Origin: a virus
Lineage: Duplodnaviria > Caudoviricetes
Reading direction: 5' to 3' (one strand)
Length of the DNA stretch: 64,000 nucleotides
IMG/VR virus record: IMGVR_UViG_3300037067_003221
Coordinates: 32,001-96,000 of that record
Position 1 is the stretch's first letter. Every line of letters begins with the position of its first letter. Below are positions 1 to 10,033 of the stretch, in pieces. Both the position numbers and the translations under genes were made by a program. Under the pieces are notes generated by a model. That model worked only from the letters and a program-made list of their open reading frames with translations. It was not told the origin of the DNA and did not search any database.

Positions 1-201
1 GTGTTTATCGACCCGATTATTGACTGTGGGGCTGACTATACGGATGTGGAAGAAGGTTGCCTAAGCCTGCCCGGCGTTGTCGTCAAGAAACGGCGGCTTC
101 TGCGAATCCAACTCCTAGATGGTCGCACCTATATAAACGAACAAGCCATTGTCATTCAACACGAAATCGATCACTTGAAAGGTATCCTGATAAATGACTA
201 A
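1..201 (+). CDS. def: Peptide deformylase (C-terminal part; 5' end outside window)
   Basis: Contains the EGCLS and QHEIDHLKG (HExDH) motifs of peptide deformylases. Confidence 0.9.
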   Translation: MFIDPIIDCGADYTDVEEGCLSLPGVVVKKRRLLRIQLLDGRTYINEQAIVIQHEIDHLKGILIND

Positions 202-769
202 AGAGGAGAGGAGCGAGTATCGAAAGAGATACCGGCAAGAGAATAAAGAGAAGATTGCCGCCCAGCAGAAGAGATACCGGCAAGAGAATAAAGAGAAGTT
301 TGCTGCTTATCAAAAGAAATACCAGCAAGCGAATAAAGAGAAGTTTGCTGCTTATCAAAAGAAATACCAGCAAGCGAATAAAGAGAAGTTTGCGGCCTGG
401 CAGAAGAAATACCAGCAAAAGAATTTAGAGAAGATTGCGGCCCGTGAAAAGAATCGCCTGGCTACGGATATAAATTTTAGAATAGCCCATAATTTACGTG
501 CTAGAATGCTCTGCGCAATCCGAAATGGGCAGCGGGGCGGTTCGGCAGTACGCGACTTAGGTTGTTCGATACCTGACTTTAAGATTTACATTGAGGGGAA
601 ATTTATATCGGGCATGACCTGGGAAAACTATGGGTCGTGGCACTTGGACCATATTCGCCCTTTGGCGAAGTTTGATTTGACCGACCGTGCCCAGTTTTTG
701 CAAGCCTGCTACTATACGAATTATCAACCCCTGTGGGCAGAAGATAATCTACGAAAAGGTGCAACATGA
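194..769 (+). CDS. HNH-type endonuclease-like protein with N-terminal 14-aa repeats
   Basis: WHLDHIRPL...NYQPLWAEDNLRKG C-terminal motif; repeats of YQQANKEKFAAYQKK (42-bp DNA repeats). Confidence 0.7.
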   Translation: MTKEERSEYRKRYRQENKEKIAAQQKRYRQENKEKFAAYQKKYQQANKEKFAAYQKKYQQANKEKFAAWQKKYQQKNLEKIAAREKNRLATDINFRIAHNLRARMLCAIRNGQRGGSAVRDLGCSIPDFKIYIEGKFISGMTWENYGSWHLDHIRPLAKFDLTDRAQFLQACYYTNYQPLWAEDNLRKGAT

Positions 770-1419
770 CGCTAATTGAAAAGTTCCGAGAAGGTCGCAA
801 GTTCCTGCCCGATGGGTGTGTCGAACGCAAGCCGACCATTTGGTTCGAGGACAAAGTTTACCGTTCTACTCAAGTAGCCTACTTCCTGCATTTCGGGGTG
901 TGGGCTAAAAATGTTTACCGAACTTGTCGTAATCCCAAGTGTGTAAACGTCGATCACCTGACCACGAAGCGTCCAGCGTCTCGGCCTCTGGTTTGTTGGG
1001 GCCGGACCTTCAACTCCGTACAGGAATTGTGGGAACACCCAAGATGCTATGTCCCGACGGTACGGCAGTTGCAACGCCGCCTGGAAAAATATGCGCCTGA
1101 AGATGCGGTTCGACCCGACTATTTTGTTTGCGGCGGGAAGCGGTATAAATCGATTAACACAATCCCGCTGCCCCTGGGTTTGGCTCGATCTACCTTTTAC
1201 AAGCGGCTCGGTTGTCATATCTGGGTCACAGCTAAGACGGCGAAGAAGTTCTCCCCTGACGCGGCACTAGATGATAATTTCTGGGAATTTACAATACCCA
1301 CCCTTCCGAGGGTTGGAGAATACGGTTTTCGCAACGTGTTGAACAAGCAAGCTGCCCCGGAGTTCGACCCACGGAATCATCATGAATCTAGTAAGGGATT
1401 CATTTTCAGGAATCGGTAG
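766..1419 (+). CDS. HNH-related hypothetical protein
   Basis: CRNPKCVNVDHL resembles the HNH_3 motif; ATGA overlap with the upstream gene. Confidence 0.5.
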   Translation: MTLIEKFREGRKFLPDGCVERKPTIWFEDKVYRSTQVAYFLHFGVWAKNVYRTCRNPKCVNVDHLTTKRPASRPLVCWGRTFNSVQELWEHPRCYVPTVRQLQRRLEKYAPEDAVRPDYFVCGGKRYKSINTIPLPLGLARSTFYKRLGCHIWVTAKTAKKFSPDAALDDNFWEFTIPTLPRVGEYGFRNVLNKQAAPEFDPRNHHESSKGFIFRNR

Positions 1420-1655
1420 CCTCACACTTCACTCCCGGTCCAAGCACACTTAAACCCTTACCCTGTAGGGGTTTACGAGAATCTCTGTTTTTTGCAAAAT
1501 CAAAACAAACTTCTTCCCTATATAATTTTTCTTCTCTCAGGGAAATCGTTCTCGTTGGGAACTTTGTTTTTTATGATTTGCAAAAAACAGAGATTCTCGT
1601 AAACCCCTTATTTATAAGCACTTAGATGCTGTTTGACCGGGGATGAAGTGTGAGG
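1420..1655. repeat. Large imperfect inverted repeat at the junction between plus- and minus-strand genes
   Basis: AGGGGTTTACGAGAATCTCTGTTTTTTGCAAA (1467-1498) is the exact reverse complement of 1577-1608; outer arms CCTCACACTTCA..CCCGGTC / GACCGGGGATGAAGTGTGAGG. Confidence 0.9.
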
Positions 1656-2468
1656 GTGATGATTAAAATGAGTCTCAAATCTCTCTCAGACGCGGCAGCC
1701 GTCTAAATTCAGCCGCGACCCAGCCGGAAGGGCGGGCGGGACAATCGTTACATTCCACCTACTCGGTATCTTAATTAAAACCCTCCCCACCGTCACAACC
1801 GGACCACCCCGCCCACCAGTCTATCTATACTAAGTATGTAATGTATGTATGTTAATATCATACTATATTGATTATATAATGTATGTATCTTAGTATGTTA
1901 TGACCCCGACAACACAATCAACCTGCATAGATAGAACAATCGTTACATTCTATCAACAGTGTAGTCAAATTGACTACAGTGTACGATTATGCAGGCTTTG
2001 CGGGTTATACTAATAGTAGCTATGATACTAGATTGTCTGGTTGTCGGGGTCGGGATACCTATTTCGCGCTTGACATTGCGAGATTGTCGCGTTTGTCAGT
2101 AATGATTGAATAATCGGATATCCCCTTACAATCAGAGACGCTGACATACTCGATACAACATGCACAGACAGAACAACCCCACCCTAGCAGTATAAGTGGT
2201 ACAATGCAAACAAGCAGCACAGTATGTATAACTGTACTATGTGCTATAATCGGCGCAATTGGTACGATTCCAAGGGTATAGGGATTATAGCAATTGCCCT
2301 ATTTGTAGCAATGGTAATAGTATCTCTGATTGTAATGATTGTCGGGGGCAACTAGGGACAGGGCAGCACAATCATTACAATCAGGCGACAGGGTGCATGA
2401 CCCCGATAATTAGAAGTATCGGTACAAAAGAAAAGGCCGCTATAAGCAGCCTTATTAGCACAATCATA

Positions 2469-2765
2469 CTACTCTGCACAATGAGAGTAATTGGGACAAT
2501 CAGCACAATCGATAGCATCGTGATCTTTGAAGCAATGCACAATATCGGCAGGCATGTTACAAGCGACACGCAAGGCATTACGTGCATCCTCGACACGATC
2601 ATTCAGATCGGCATATTTGGCATAAGCGTCACAATATGCGAAATTGCCACAACCCTTACAGAGCGAAAAGCCCTCACATCTGGCAACTGCGCAACCAGGG
2701 TGTTTTTCGTAATTACCCCTAGCAATGATAGCATCGGCATAAGCCTTAAATTCGGGTGTCATCAT
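2469..2765 (-). CDS. Cys-rich hypothetical protein
   Basis: ORF with GGAG RBS and several CxxC motifs. Confidence 0.55.
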   Translation of the reverse strand: MMTPEFKAYADAIIARGNYEKHPGCAVARCEGFSLCKGCGNFAYCDAYAKYADLNDRVEDARNALRVACNMPADIVHCFKDHDAIDCADCPNYSHCAE

Positions 2766-2963
2766 AATAAGCTCCCTATTCGTTATAATCCTAATTCATC
2801 GGACAAGGTGGTGCTAATACTGGAAAATGCGTCCCAATCGTTAGAATCGAGATAATCCATAAGACCGTCAACACCGAATGCTGCATTTGCCCCCTCTAAT
2901 AGCAATCGCAATTCCCTCTTAGTAAGGGGTATCGTTTTTTCGTTGATTGTCAATAAAATCATG

Positions 2964-3245
2964 TTAATCGTTATAACCGGCAAGACCGGAGTTAAGGTTG
3001 TTAATGGCAAAATCCAACATTCCGACATGCTGAGGATTTATCGTTTTATTCCGAATAATCGTTAAATTATCCACGGCTTGCATAATCGTTGCAACAATTA
3101 AATCAGGATTTTCCGCTTGTCTAAACAAATTGTTTAGACCCTGCAAAATCGGCATAACAGGAACCCCCTGTTTGGATGCCGTGAAAAGACGCGCACGCGC
3201 TACAATCGATTTTTCCAGCACCCTTGCGTACATCGGCATAATCGT
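2964..3245 (-). CDS. Hypothetical protein
   Basis: ORF with GAGG RBS upstream of MPMYARV; part of the minus-strand gene run. Confidence 0.5.
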   Translation of the reverse strand, partial: TIMPMYARVLEKSIVARARLFTASKQGVPVMPILQGLNNLFRQAENPDLIVATIMQAVDNLTIIRNKTINPQHVGMLDFAINNLNSGLAGYND

Positions 3246-3460
3246 TACCTCTTGTATAATTGGTTTCCGCAAGCAAAATAGAATTGCCTCTCAAGAGGGG
3301 TAGGCGCACGCATGGTAAAATGCGAATATCCGAAATTGAAGTTATGCGCGTAATAAACCGCGCTTTCCCTACAATCGCATATTTGCACTAAAACGCGATG
3401 ACCGTCACAATCCGAACTATTAGCAAATAAGGCAATCATGGCAATTCCCCTAAAAATGGA

Positions 3461-3643
3461 TTATTCCCAATAAACGCCACCCATAGCCCCGCGAACCTTT
3501 ACAAGCCCTAAATCCCGCAAAATCGATTCGCGCGCTTTTCTCTGCATTTTCGCGCGCTCTTTGGATTTTTTCTTACAACCATCACAAGTGTTTTGACCGT
3601 CAAGACCGTCAAATTCGGCACCACACTTACTACATACTTTCAT
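3461..3643 (-). CDS. Small zinc-ribbon protein
   Basis: CSKC...CDGC; GGAG RBS. Confidence 0.6.
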   Translation of the reverse strand: MKVCSKCGAEFDGLDGQNTCDGCKKKSKERAKMQRKARESILRDLGLVKVRGAMGGVYWE

Positions 3644-3674
3644 GGCAAACTCCCTAAAAGTGGTAGAATTGGAA

Positions 3675-3833
3675 TTATCGGTTAATCGTCACAACCGGCA
3701 CAACCCCCTCCACTATGACGATATGCCGCGCGCCCCGAATCGAGAGGGCAGAGAGGGCAAGCGCGCCTTGAATAGTGTCCGATTTTTCAGTATGAACTAA
3801 TTTCGAGAAAACGAAAAATTCTATTGTGAACAT
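3675..3833 (-). CDS. Small hypothetical protein (MFTIEFF..., 52 aa, below the ORF-track cutoff)
   Basis: Starts in the repeated promoter/RBS/ATG-TTC-AC cassette. Confidence 0.5.
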   Translation of the reverse strand: MFTIEFFVFSKLVHTEKSDTIQGALALSALSIRGARHIVIVEGVVPVVTINR

Positions 3834-3901
3834 GATTTTTCCCTTTCCTGATTGCTTGCCCCTTATATAGTCAATTATGCGCTATAGGGGCGTTTTGTCA
3901 A
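3826..3901 (-). promoter_or_regulatory. Repeated promoter + 5'UTR + RBS cassette (copy 1; other copies at 4910-4997, 5728-5810; partial at 7146-7215, 8300-8355, 10071-10180)
   Basis: Near-identical GTGAACATGATTTTTCCCTTTCC..GATTGCTTGCCCC..TGTCAAG blocks; on the minus strand TTGACA-N16-CATA(A/C)T followed by GGAAAGGG RBS and ATG. Confidence 0.85.
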
Positions 3902-4077
3902 GTAAATCGGGAATTTTCTAAAAGATTTTTCGGGATATTTCCATTTAGGGGGTGGATTTTAACGATTAGGCAAAATGGCAACTAGTCGAAAATCGTTACA
4001 ACCGACAATCTCGATACAAAGTGAAAAATGCCCTGATTGCTTCCCCTTCCAAAATAGTGGCAAGAGCGCAGGGCAGG

Positions 4078-4172
4078 GGCAAGCAACCGGCAAGCAACCG
4101 GCAAGCAACCGGCAAGCAACCGGCAAGCAACCGGCAAGCAACCGGCAAGCAACCGGCAAGCAACCGGCAAGC
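4078..4172. repeat. Tandem 11-bp repeat (GGCAAGCAACC) x8 plus a partial copy
   Basis: Read directly from the sequence; related GGCAAGC/GGCAGGG blocks at 4173-4262, 5958-6048 and 8367-8500. Confidence 0.95.
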
Positions 4173-4308
4173 GATTAGAGGGCAGGGCAGGGGCAAGCGA
4201 TTAGGCAAGATGATACGCAACCCGATAAAATGACGCAAGCGATTAGGCAAGCGATTAGAGGGCTAGAATTAAAAACTCCCCCATAGTAAGTAGAAAATGG
4301 TATGTTCC

Positions 4309-4416
4309 GATTGTAACAAGTATCGGGGTCAAGCCGGTTGTGGCGGGCGCGTCGATACGACCCCGACAATCGGAACAACCGGCGCAAAAGAAAACGCCGT
4401 TTGCGACCGGCGTTTT
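4309..4416. repeat. Dispersed CGGGGTC/GACCCCG inverted-repeat element plus minus-strand terminator
   Basis: GATTGT..ATCGGGGTC-N-GACCCCGACAATC..GCGCAAAAGAAAA followed by a GC hairpin. Confidence 0.85.
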
Positions 4417-4559
4417 CGGAATAAGTGTAATAAATGGTAAATCCGCTCCACAATGTTTCTAAGCCGGATTGACCCCGATTATTCATACAACCGGACCATC
4501 ACGAATAAGTGTCATAAGCGGTAAACTCCCGATTCAAGGGTTAATTGGAAAATTCGTTA

Positions 4560-4916
4560 CTACCTGCCCCCCTCGATTAGCGAATCTAGTTCGCTAGTCG
4601 GAATATCCTGATTGTAACGGCTCACACCACCCCAAAGGTGGATATGGGCCATACAATACGCATAACCGGCTTCTTCGGCAGTACCGGCTTTACTGGTCAA
4701 AGTGATACGAACGTCAGAACCGGAAAGAGCGTCACAAAACCTAATTCGGGCACGATACTTACCATTAGGTAATTCGTCAACACCGTCAAAACCCGTAGGA
4801 TTAGGAAAAACCGGATAAATTGGGCGGGTTGCTTCCCTTGCCCTGCGCGCCCCTAGCTTGCGTATCGCGCTGTTTGCAATCGATAATCTTTCCGTTTTCG
4901 TCAAGGTTGTGAACAT
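4560..4916 (-). CDS. AP2-domain-like DNA-binding protein
   Basis: TGFDGV..GKYRARI..GTAEEAGYAY resembles the AP2 fold motif. Confidence 0.6.
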   Translation of the reverse strand: MFTTLTKTERLSIANSAIRKLGARRAREATRPIYPVFPNPTGFDGVDELPNGKYRARIRFCDALSGSDVRITLTSKAGTAEEAGYAYCMAHIHLWGGVSRYNQDIPTSELDSLIEGGR

Positions 4917-5217
4917 GATTTTTCCCTTTCCCTTGCGTATTGCTTGCCCCTGTCTATATCAAGTATGCAGTATGAAAAGCAATTGTCAAGGAAAATTCCG
5001 AAAATTATTTTTTCAACCCGCAAGCAACTAGAAAACGGTTTATCGAAAATTGGGGATTATCATCTTTGAAATAATCCGCCAATTTTTCCGATAAATGCTC
5101 GATAACCAGTTTTTCCCCTACATCCGAAATTTTCAATTCGGCAAGGATAATCGCTGCAATCGCTTCATAATGTTTTTTCGACATGATTGTTTCAACCGTT
5201 AAAGGCGTTAAAATCGT

Positions 5218-5544
5218 TTAGTCAGTCCAGCGAACCACAAGAGGGGGTAGAATTGTAGGAATTGCGCCATTATTACGCAACCTATGGGTATCAAGGAATA
5301 ATCGGATATTTCCGATTGCATCGGTCATGCTGACAGTAGGGGCTTCACCCCCACCCCACACAATTTCCCCGTTACGAGTGGCATAATTGCTACCATCGGC
5401 GTATAACTCACAATCGACAATCAAGGTTTCGCCGGAATATACCTTAAAAGCGGAAAAATTGACATTTCGGGCGCGCGCCTTCTTAAATAGGATATGCCCT
5501 GTTCTCGCGCTAACCGTTACAGTCCCACTAATCAGAGTAAACAT
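5218..5544 (-). CDS. Hypothetical protein
   Basis: ORF with GGAG RBS. Confidence 0.55.
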   Translation of the reverse strand: MFTLISGTVTVSARTGHILFKKARARNVNFSAFKVYSGETLIVDCELYADGSNYATRNGEIVWGGGEAPTVSMTDAIGNIRLFLDTHRLRNNGAIPTILPPLVVRWTD

Positions 5545-5579
5545 GATAACCGCTCCAATCGGTAAAGGTGGAATAATCG

Positions 5580-5735
5580 CTAGTTGGCCCGTCTTTCGGG
5601 GGGTAACATATCGCGGATTGTCTTTTCCGTTTTTTCGACAATCGCCCCGATATACTGTTTGCGCCCCTTGACGATAAGGGCTAGGGCGATTGCTTGCAAT
5701 TCGAGAGGGCTAGTTTTTTTCGTGATAGTGAACAT
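5580..5735 (-). CDS. Small hypothetical protein (MFTITKK..., 51 aa)
   Basis: Starts in a copy of the repeated promoter/RBS cassette. Confidence 0.5.
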   Translation of the reverse strand: MFTITKKTSPLELQAIALALIVKGRKQYIGAIVEKTEKTIRDMLPPERRAN

Positions 5736-6067
5736 GATTTTTCCCTTTCCTGATTGCTTGCCCCTGTCTATATCAAGTATGCAGTATGAAAAGCAATTGT
5801 CAAGGAAAAATAAATTTTCTAAAAGATTTTTCTAGGTTTTTCTAAAAGAGGGATATGATTTTAACGATTAGGTAAGATAGAAATTTTCAAAAATCGTTAC
5901 AATCGATAATCTCGCTACAAAGTGAAAAGTGGCATAGTTGCCCACCCTACTATATTAGGGGCAAGAGGGCAGGGCAAGCGATTAGAGGGCAGGGCAAGCG
6001 ATTAGAGGGCAGGGCAAGCAATCGGCAACCGGCAAGAGGGCAGGGCAATAGTCTGATTATACAGTTT

Positions 6068-6180
6068 ATCGGGGTCATGCAGGCGGGGGCGGAATAATCG
6101 TTACAACCGGCCATTCGAGGATGTGACCCCGAAAATCGTTACAATAGGCGCAAAGAGAAAGTCCGGCATAACCGGACTTA
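6068..6180. repeat. CGGGGTC/GACCCCG element plus terminator
   Basis: ATCGGGGTCATG...GACCCCGAAAATC...GCGCAAAGAGAAAGTCCGG-loop-CCGGACTT. Confidence 0.8.
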
Positions 6181-6189
6181 CCCATACAA

Positions 6190-6777
6190 TTAGTATTGTC
6201 CGCACATTGAGCGCAATCGGGATTTATCGTGGCAATTGTGACAACCCTTACAATCCAGCAATGTGGTACAACCGTTACAATGCTGACATTCGTTACAGTT
6301 ATGTGAACCGTGACATTTGTAACAGGACTGACAATCGATACAACAGTCGCAACGGATACAGGAGTCACAATCCCTGCAACCACTACAATCTGTGCATCTG
6401 TTAATTCCACTACATATCCGACAACCTTGACAAGTCAATCCGTTGACACATTGGATACAATCCTCACAATTGGTAAGATTCTCACTTCGCTCACAATCAG
6501 TACAGTCGTTGCAATTAGTACAATCGCAACAATTCGTACAGTCACGACAATTGACGCAATTGACGCAACCTACGCAATTGACACAATCGACACAATTGAC
6601 ATTATCGCATTCATCCCGATCAGTCCGCACAACCGTCACATTCGGATTATGCAGAAAATCCTGCATATCCCCGATATTCGTTGGGGGCGCGGTACAATCG
6701 TCACAATTCTCACAGTTTGTACATCCGGTACAATTGTGGCAATTGATATTTCCGTTTGCATCAGGTTCAATCGGCAT
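6190..6777 (-). CDS. Cys-repeat protein, DxxGNxNC family (copy 1; probable frameshift near the 3' end)
   Basis: MPIEPDANGNINCHNCTGC followed by CxxC repeats with 3-residue periodicity. Confidence 0.7.
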   Translation of the reverse strand: MPIEPDANGNINCHNCTGCTNCENCDDCTAPPTNIGDMQDFLHNPNVTVVRTDRDECDNVNCVDCVNCVGCVNCVNCRDCTNCCDCTNCNDCTDCERSENLTNCEDCIQCVNGLTCQGCRICSGINRCTDCSGCRDCDSCIRCDCCIDCQSCYKCHGSHNCNECQHCNGCTTLLDCKGCHNCHDKSRLRSMCGQY

Positions 6778-6847
6778 AGGTATATCCCTTCTCAAAACCG
6801 GCAAAATTGTTACAATTAGAATCTAGGACGCTGGAAACCACCCTCCC

Positions 6848-7129
6848 CTATAGGTGGGGTGATAAACTGTCAAGCGCGGTTTGCAATCCCTCAATTTTCG
6901 CCGATAATAGCTTGATAAATTCGGCGATAATCCCCGCCTTACAAGCCTCAAAACCAGTATGATCGGGCGCGACGGCAGCAACCCGTTTATCCATATCATA
7001 GACAACACCGCCATAATTGGAAAAGCCGTAGTAATAGATACAAAGATCATAATCCGCATGTTCGGCAGTCCAATAACCTAGCATCTTTGCCGGTTGTGGC
7101 GTTATCGCGTGATAGGTCCATTTCAGCAT
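6848..7129 (-). CDS. Hypothetical protein
   Basis: ORF with GAGG RBS behind the promoter at about 7168-7195. Confidence 0.6.
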   Translation of the reverse strand: MLKWTYHAITPQPAKMLGYWTAEHADYDLCIYYYGFSNYGGVVYDMDKRVAAVAPDHTGFEACKAGIIAEFIKLLSAKIEGLQTALDSLSPHL

Positions 7130-7212
7130 GATAAAACCTCTTGCGTGATTGCTTGCCCCTGATATTCAAGTATAGCCCACAATCGGGGAAAGTCAAGGAA
7201 AATTCCAGAAAA

Positions 7213-7643
7213 TTATCGCAACCTATGCGCGGCCGTTATCAATTCGGTAGCACGCGCCGCATAATCGGAAAATCTGGCAATCAGAATATCATAGGCCCAC
7301 TTGATACAAGCGGCCCTATCGGGAAGGGCGTTACAATCGATAAGATTGTTACCCTCGAAAATATAGGTAGTACAGCCGGAGGAGTAAAACCTAATCGTTA
7401 AGATCATTTTATCCGTTAAATTGATCTTTTCGAGAGTTTTCCCCGTATCTAATTGGAACGGCATAATCGGTATCTCCGTGCTAACCAGGCAATCGTTACA
7501 GACGCTAGTTCCAAGCAACACTGCAAGACCCCGGCAACAAATAGAAACGGCACAATCGTTACAAACAGAACGATCAGCACCACATCTACAAGCGGCCCAA
7601 ACAGCAGCATCATTACAAGCAGAGCAACCGTCATTTCAAGCAT
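7213..7643 (-). pseudogene. Cys-rich hypothetical gene, apparently frameshifted right after its start
   Basis: The frame of ORF 7213..7521 continues upstream as NDGCSCNDAAVWAACRCG..CNDC up to a TGA; the only nearby ATG (7643) is out of frame. Confidence 0.4.
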
Positions 7644-7644
7644 A

Positions 7645-8040
7645 TTAGCAATCTCCCCTAACTGCCCTACAAATGGCATAATTGTCATAAGCCTTACCAC
7701 GGCGCATGTCCTCAAAAGTCATACGACCCTTACCACCGCATCGAGCGCACGGAGCGGAATGAGTCATACGACCGTTAATACAGGCACCCCAGTAATAAAC
7801 CCCGGAACCCTTACAACGCGGGCATTCACACTCAACCCGCTTAGTCGCTGCAATCCAATCAACCGGCGTAATCGGATTAAACGCCCTTATGGCATTATCG
7901 GCATTTTCCTTGCCCATTGTATAACGGACAATTTCACGCAATTCGGAAAAAACGGCACGTTGCGTATCGACGGACAATTCCGCATAATCGGAATTATCCA
8001 TGTCGATATACCCTTTCGGCAATTTCGTTGCAACCGTCAT
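7645..8040 (-). CDS. Protein with DnaJ-type zinc-finger repeats
   Basis: CPRCKGSG and CARCGGKG (CxxCxGxG). Confidence 0.65.
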   Translation of the reverse strand: MTVATKLPKGYIDMDNSDYAELSVDTQRAVFSELREIVRYTMGKENADNAIRAFNPITPVDWIAATKRVECECPRCKGSGVYYWGACINGRMTHSAPCARCGGKGRMTFEDMRRGKAYDNYAICRAVRGDC

Positions 8041-8508
8041 AACCGAACTCCTTAATTTGGGTGGGGTGGAAGGGGCAAGGTCATAGCGATTATGCCGGTT
8101 TCCCTGCCGTATCCTCCCTAGCTACCCCCACTTGTAAGGGGAATAATCGGGTTGTCATTTAGAGGGAACCACCCCTCTTGTAGGCTAGGCTTTGGCCTCT
8201 TGCGATAGGGGTGGTTAATCCCCTATTAGTGGCACTTTTCCTAGTTACTCTGGCAACCCCGATTATTCTCCTCTTGTGTTTTGTTTTCGTTTTCGTTGCG
8301 ATATTCAAGTATAGCCCACAATCGGGGAAAGTCAAGGAAAATTCCGAAAATTATTTTGACGCAATAGCAAGCGATTAGAGGGCAAGCAATCCGGCAAGCA
8401 ATCACAAGCAACCGGCAAGGGGCAAGAGCGCAGGGCAAGCGATTAGAGGGCAGGGAGGGCAAGCAACCGGCAAGAGGGCAGGGGCAACCAGCAACCAGCA
8501 AGGGTCCG

Positions 8509-8613
8509 GTTGTAACGATCATCGGGGTCATGCCAGCGCGCCCCGCAACCGCTCGATACGACCCCGACAATCAGACTTACTAGCGCAAAAGAAAACCCCG
8601 GCAAAACCGGGGT
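8509..8613. repeat. CGGGGTC/GACCCCG element plus terminator
   Basis: ATCGGGGTCATG...GACCCCGACAATC...GCGCAAAAGAAAACCCCGG-CAAAA-CCGGGGT. Confidence 0.85.
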
Positions 8614-8629
8614 AATCGTTTCAGGGCTA

Positions 8630-10033
8630 CTAGACGGCAACCTCCTCTCTAACGGTAAGACCGTTACGAGCGACAATCGGGATATAATAGTCAACAAGAT
8701 CAGAAGCGTTACAATCCTCCCAGAGCTTGCAAAGGAACTCCCACTTTTGGGTGGGCGACTTGGCAAGCAGTGTATTCCTTACAATCCGCCAATCGTTACG
8801 AGCGGCCCAATCGATAAAGAGAGATAAGCCCCTAATCCAGTTACAAATCTCCTTACCGTTACAAGTCCCATGATACAAACGAACCTCAAAGGTTGAATGA
8901 TAGACATAGGCGTTAATGTTCAACCATTTATAACGATCCTTACGATGGGCATAACAGGCCCAATCGGTAACGCCGAAAATATCGGACAATTCCGTAGTAT
9001 CCGCTTCACAGTAATGACGCGAACGACGGTCACTATCGACAAAATGCTTCCAAACGTCATACATGAAACGCATGGCACAATAGATAGACTTCATGCTTTC
9101 AGTATTTTCCTCACGCATATCAAAATGCACATGAAGCCCACAACTCCGATTTACGGTAAAACCCTTATCATCGGCAGCATTGCAAAATGCCATAATAGCG
9201 TCAAGACCCTTATCGCCGGAAAGGACGGAAGAAACGAACTCTTTGCCACTAATGCTACCATCGTCCTTTGCGCCAAAATAGAACTCATCCTCTAAATCGC
9301 AATAATCCTCACAAGAGGAAGTTTCGATTTCAACGCCAAATTTCCTATGACCGATACGATTGTAAGAATTGTTATCGTGCGAAAAACGGAGCGCGTCGAA
9401 ATTGTGGTCATTATGGTTACGACGATAACAAGAGCTACAAAGCCCCTCACCCTCATAATCGTCATTATCGTAAGTATCGCCACAACTATCGCAAACGAAA
9501 AATCTGTCACACCAGCACGAATCGCAATAATCGTTACCATCGGAACCCGTCATCGATTCGCGCGTCCATTCGTCACAACCCTCACACTTCACCCAACCGT
9601 TACGACTAGCACAACGGTCGCAATAGACATTATCGCCACAATTGTTCAAATCGTCACCACTGAACCAATCGTTGCAATGGTCACAGCTATGATAGTCGCT
9701 TGCTTCGGCACATTCGATACAGTTGGTATCGCCGTCACAATCGACACAATCGGAATGCCAAGTATGGCACGATTCACATTCCTTAAAATCGTTTTTATCG
9801 GCACAATCGAGACAGTACATAGTACCGTCACAATCGACAAGATCATCGTGATAGGTGCCGCAACCCTCACAAGCGGCATAGCCCTGAGAATCGGCACAAT
9901 CGGGACAGATAACCCGATTGTCAAGCATATCCGAAACCTCACAACCGGGTTTATCGGTTGTATCCCACCATTGCTCACAATCGGGACAATAGGCATCGGC
10001 GGGCGAGCGCGAAATATCCGTTTTAGATAGCAT
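8630..10033 (-). CDS. Putative amidoligase (COOH-NH2 ligase type) with long N-terminal zinc-ribbon repeats, paralog 1
   Basis: KFGVEIET, DGSISGKEFVS, CGLHVHFD, RY.WLN and TFEVRLYHGT motifs. Confidence 0.85.
   Translation of the reverse strand: MLSKTDISRSPADAYCPDCEQWWDTTDKPGCEVSDMLDNRVICPDCADSQGYAACEGCGTYHDDLVDCDGTMYCLDCADKNDFKECESCHTWHSDCVDCDGDTNCIECAEASDYHSCDHCNDWFSGDDLNNCGDNVYCDRCASRNGWVKCEGCDEWTRESMTGSDGNDYCDSCWCDRFFVCDSCGDTYDNDDYEGEGLCSSCYRRNHNDHNFDALRFSHDNNSYNRIGHRKFGVEIETSSCEDYCDLEDEFYFGAKDDGSISGKEFVSSVLSGDKGLDAIMAFCNAADDKGFTVNRSCGLHVHFDMREENTESMKSIYCAMRFMYDVWKHFVDSDRRSRHYCEADTTELSDIFGVTDWACYAHRKDRYKWLNINAYVYHSTFEVRLYHGTCNGKEICNWIRGLSLFIDWAARNDWRIVRNTLLAKSPTQKWEFLCKLWEDCNASDLVDYYIPIVARNGLTVREEVAV

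Noticed and set aside
2060-2470. TAG-interrupted Cys-rich frames suggesting stop-codon reassignment
   Set aside because: All long conserved genes (rtcB, rsr, ligases, AAA ATPase) are intact in the standard code, TAG ends genes such as tatA, and no suppressor tRNA was found
3959-4250. Several ORFs on both strands with PVACRLLAGCL / KQPASNRQATG repeats
   Set aside because: These are translations of the 11-bp tandem DNA repeat, with no RBS or promoter context
4078-4262. Possible CRISPR array
   Set aside because: Repeats are contiguous 11-mers without unique spacers, and no cas genes are present. The GACCCCG elements are kilobases apart
6075-6200. Apparent protein homology (GLSLCAYCNDFRGH versus GLFFCTDTSNYRGH near 2400)
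   Set aside because: Both peptides are read-throughs of the conserved terminator plus GACCCCG DNA element
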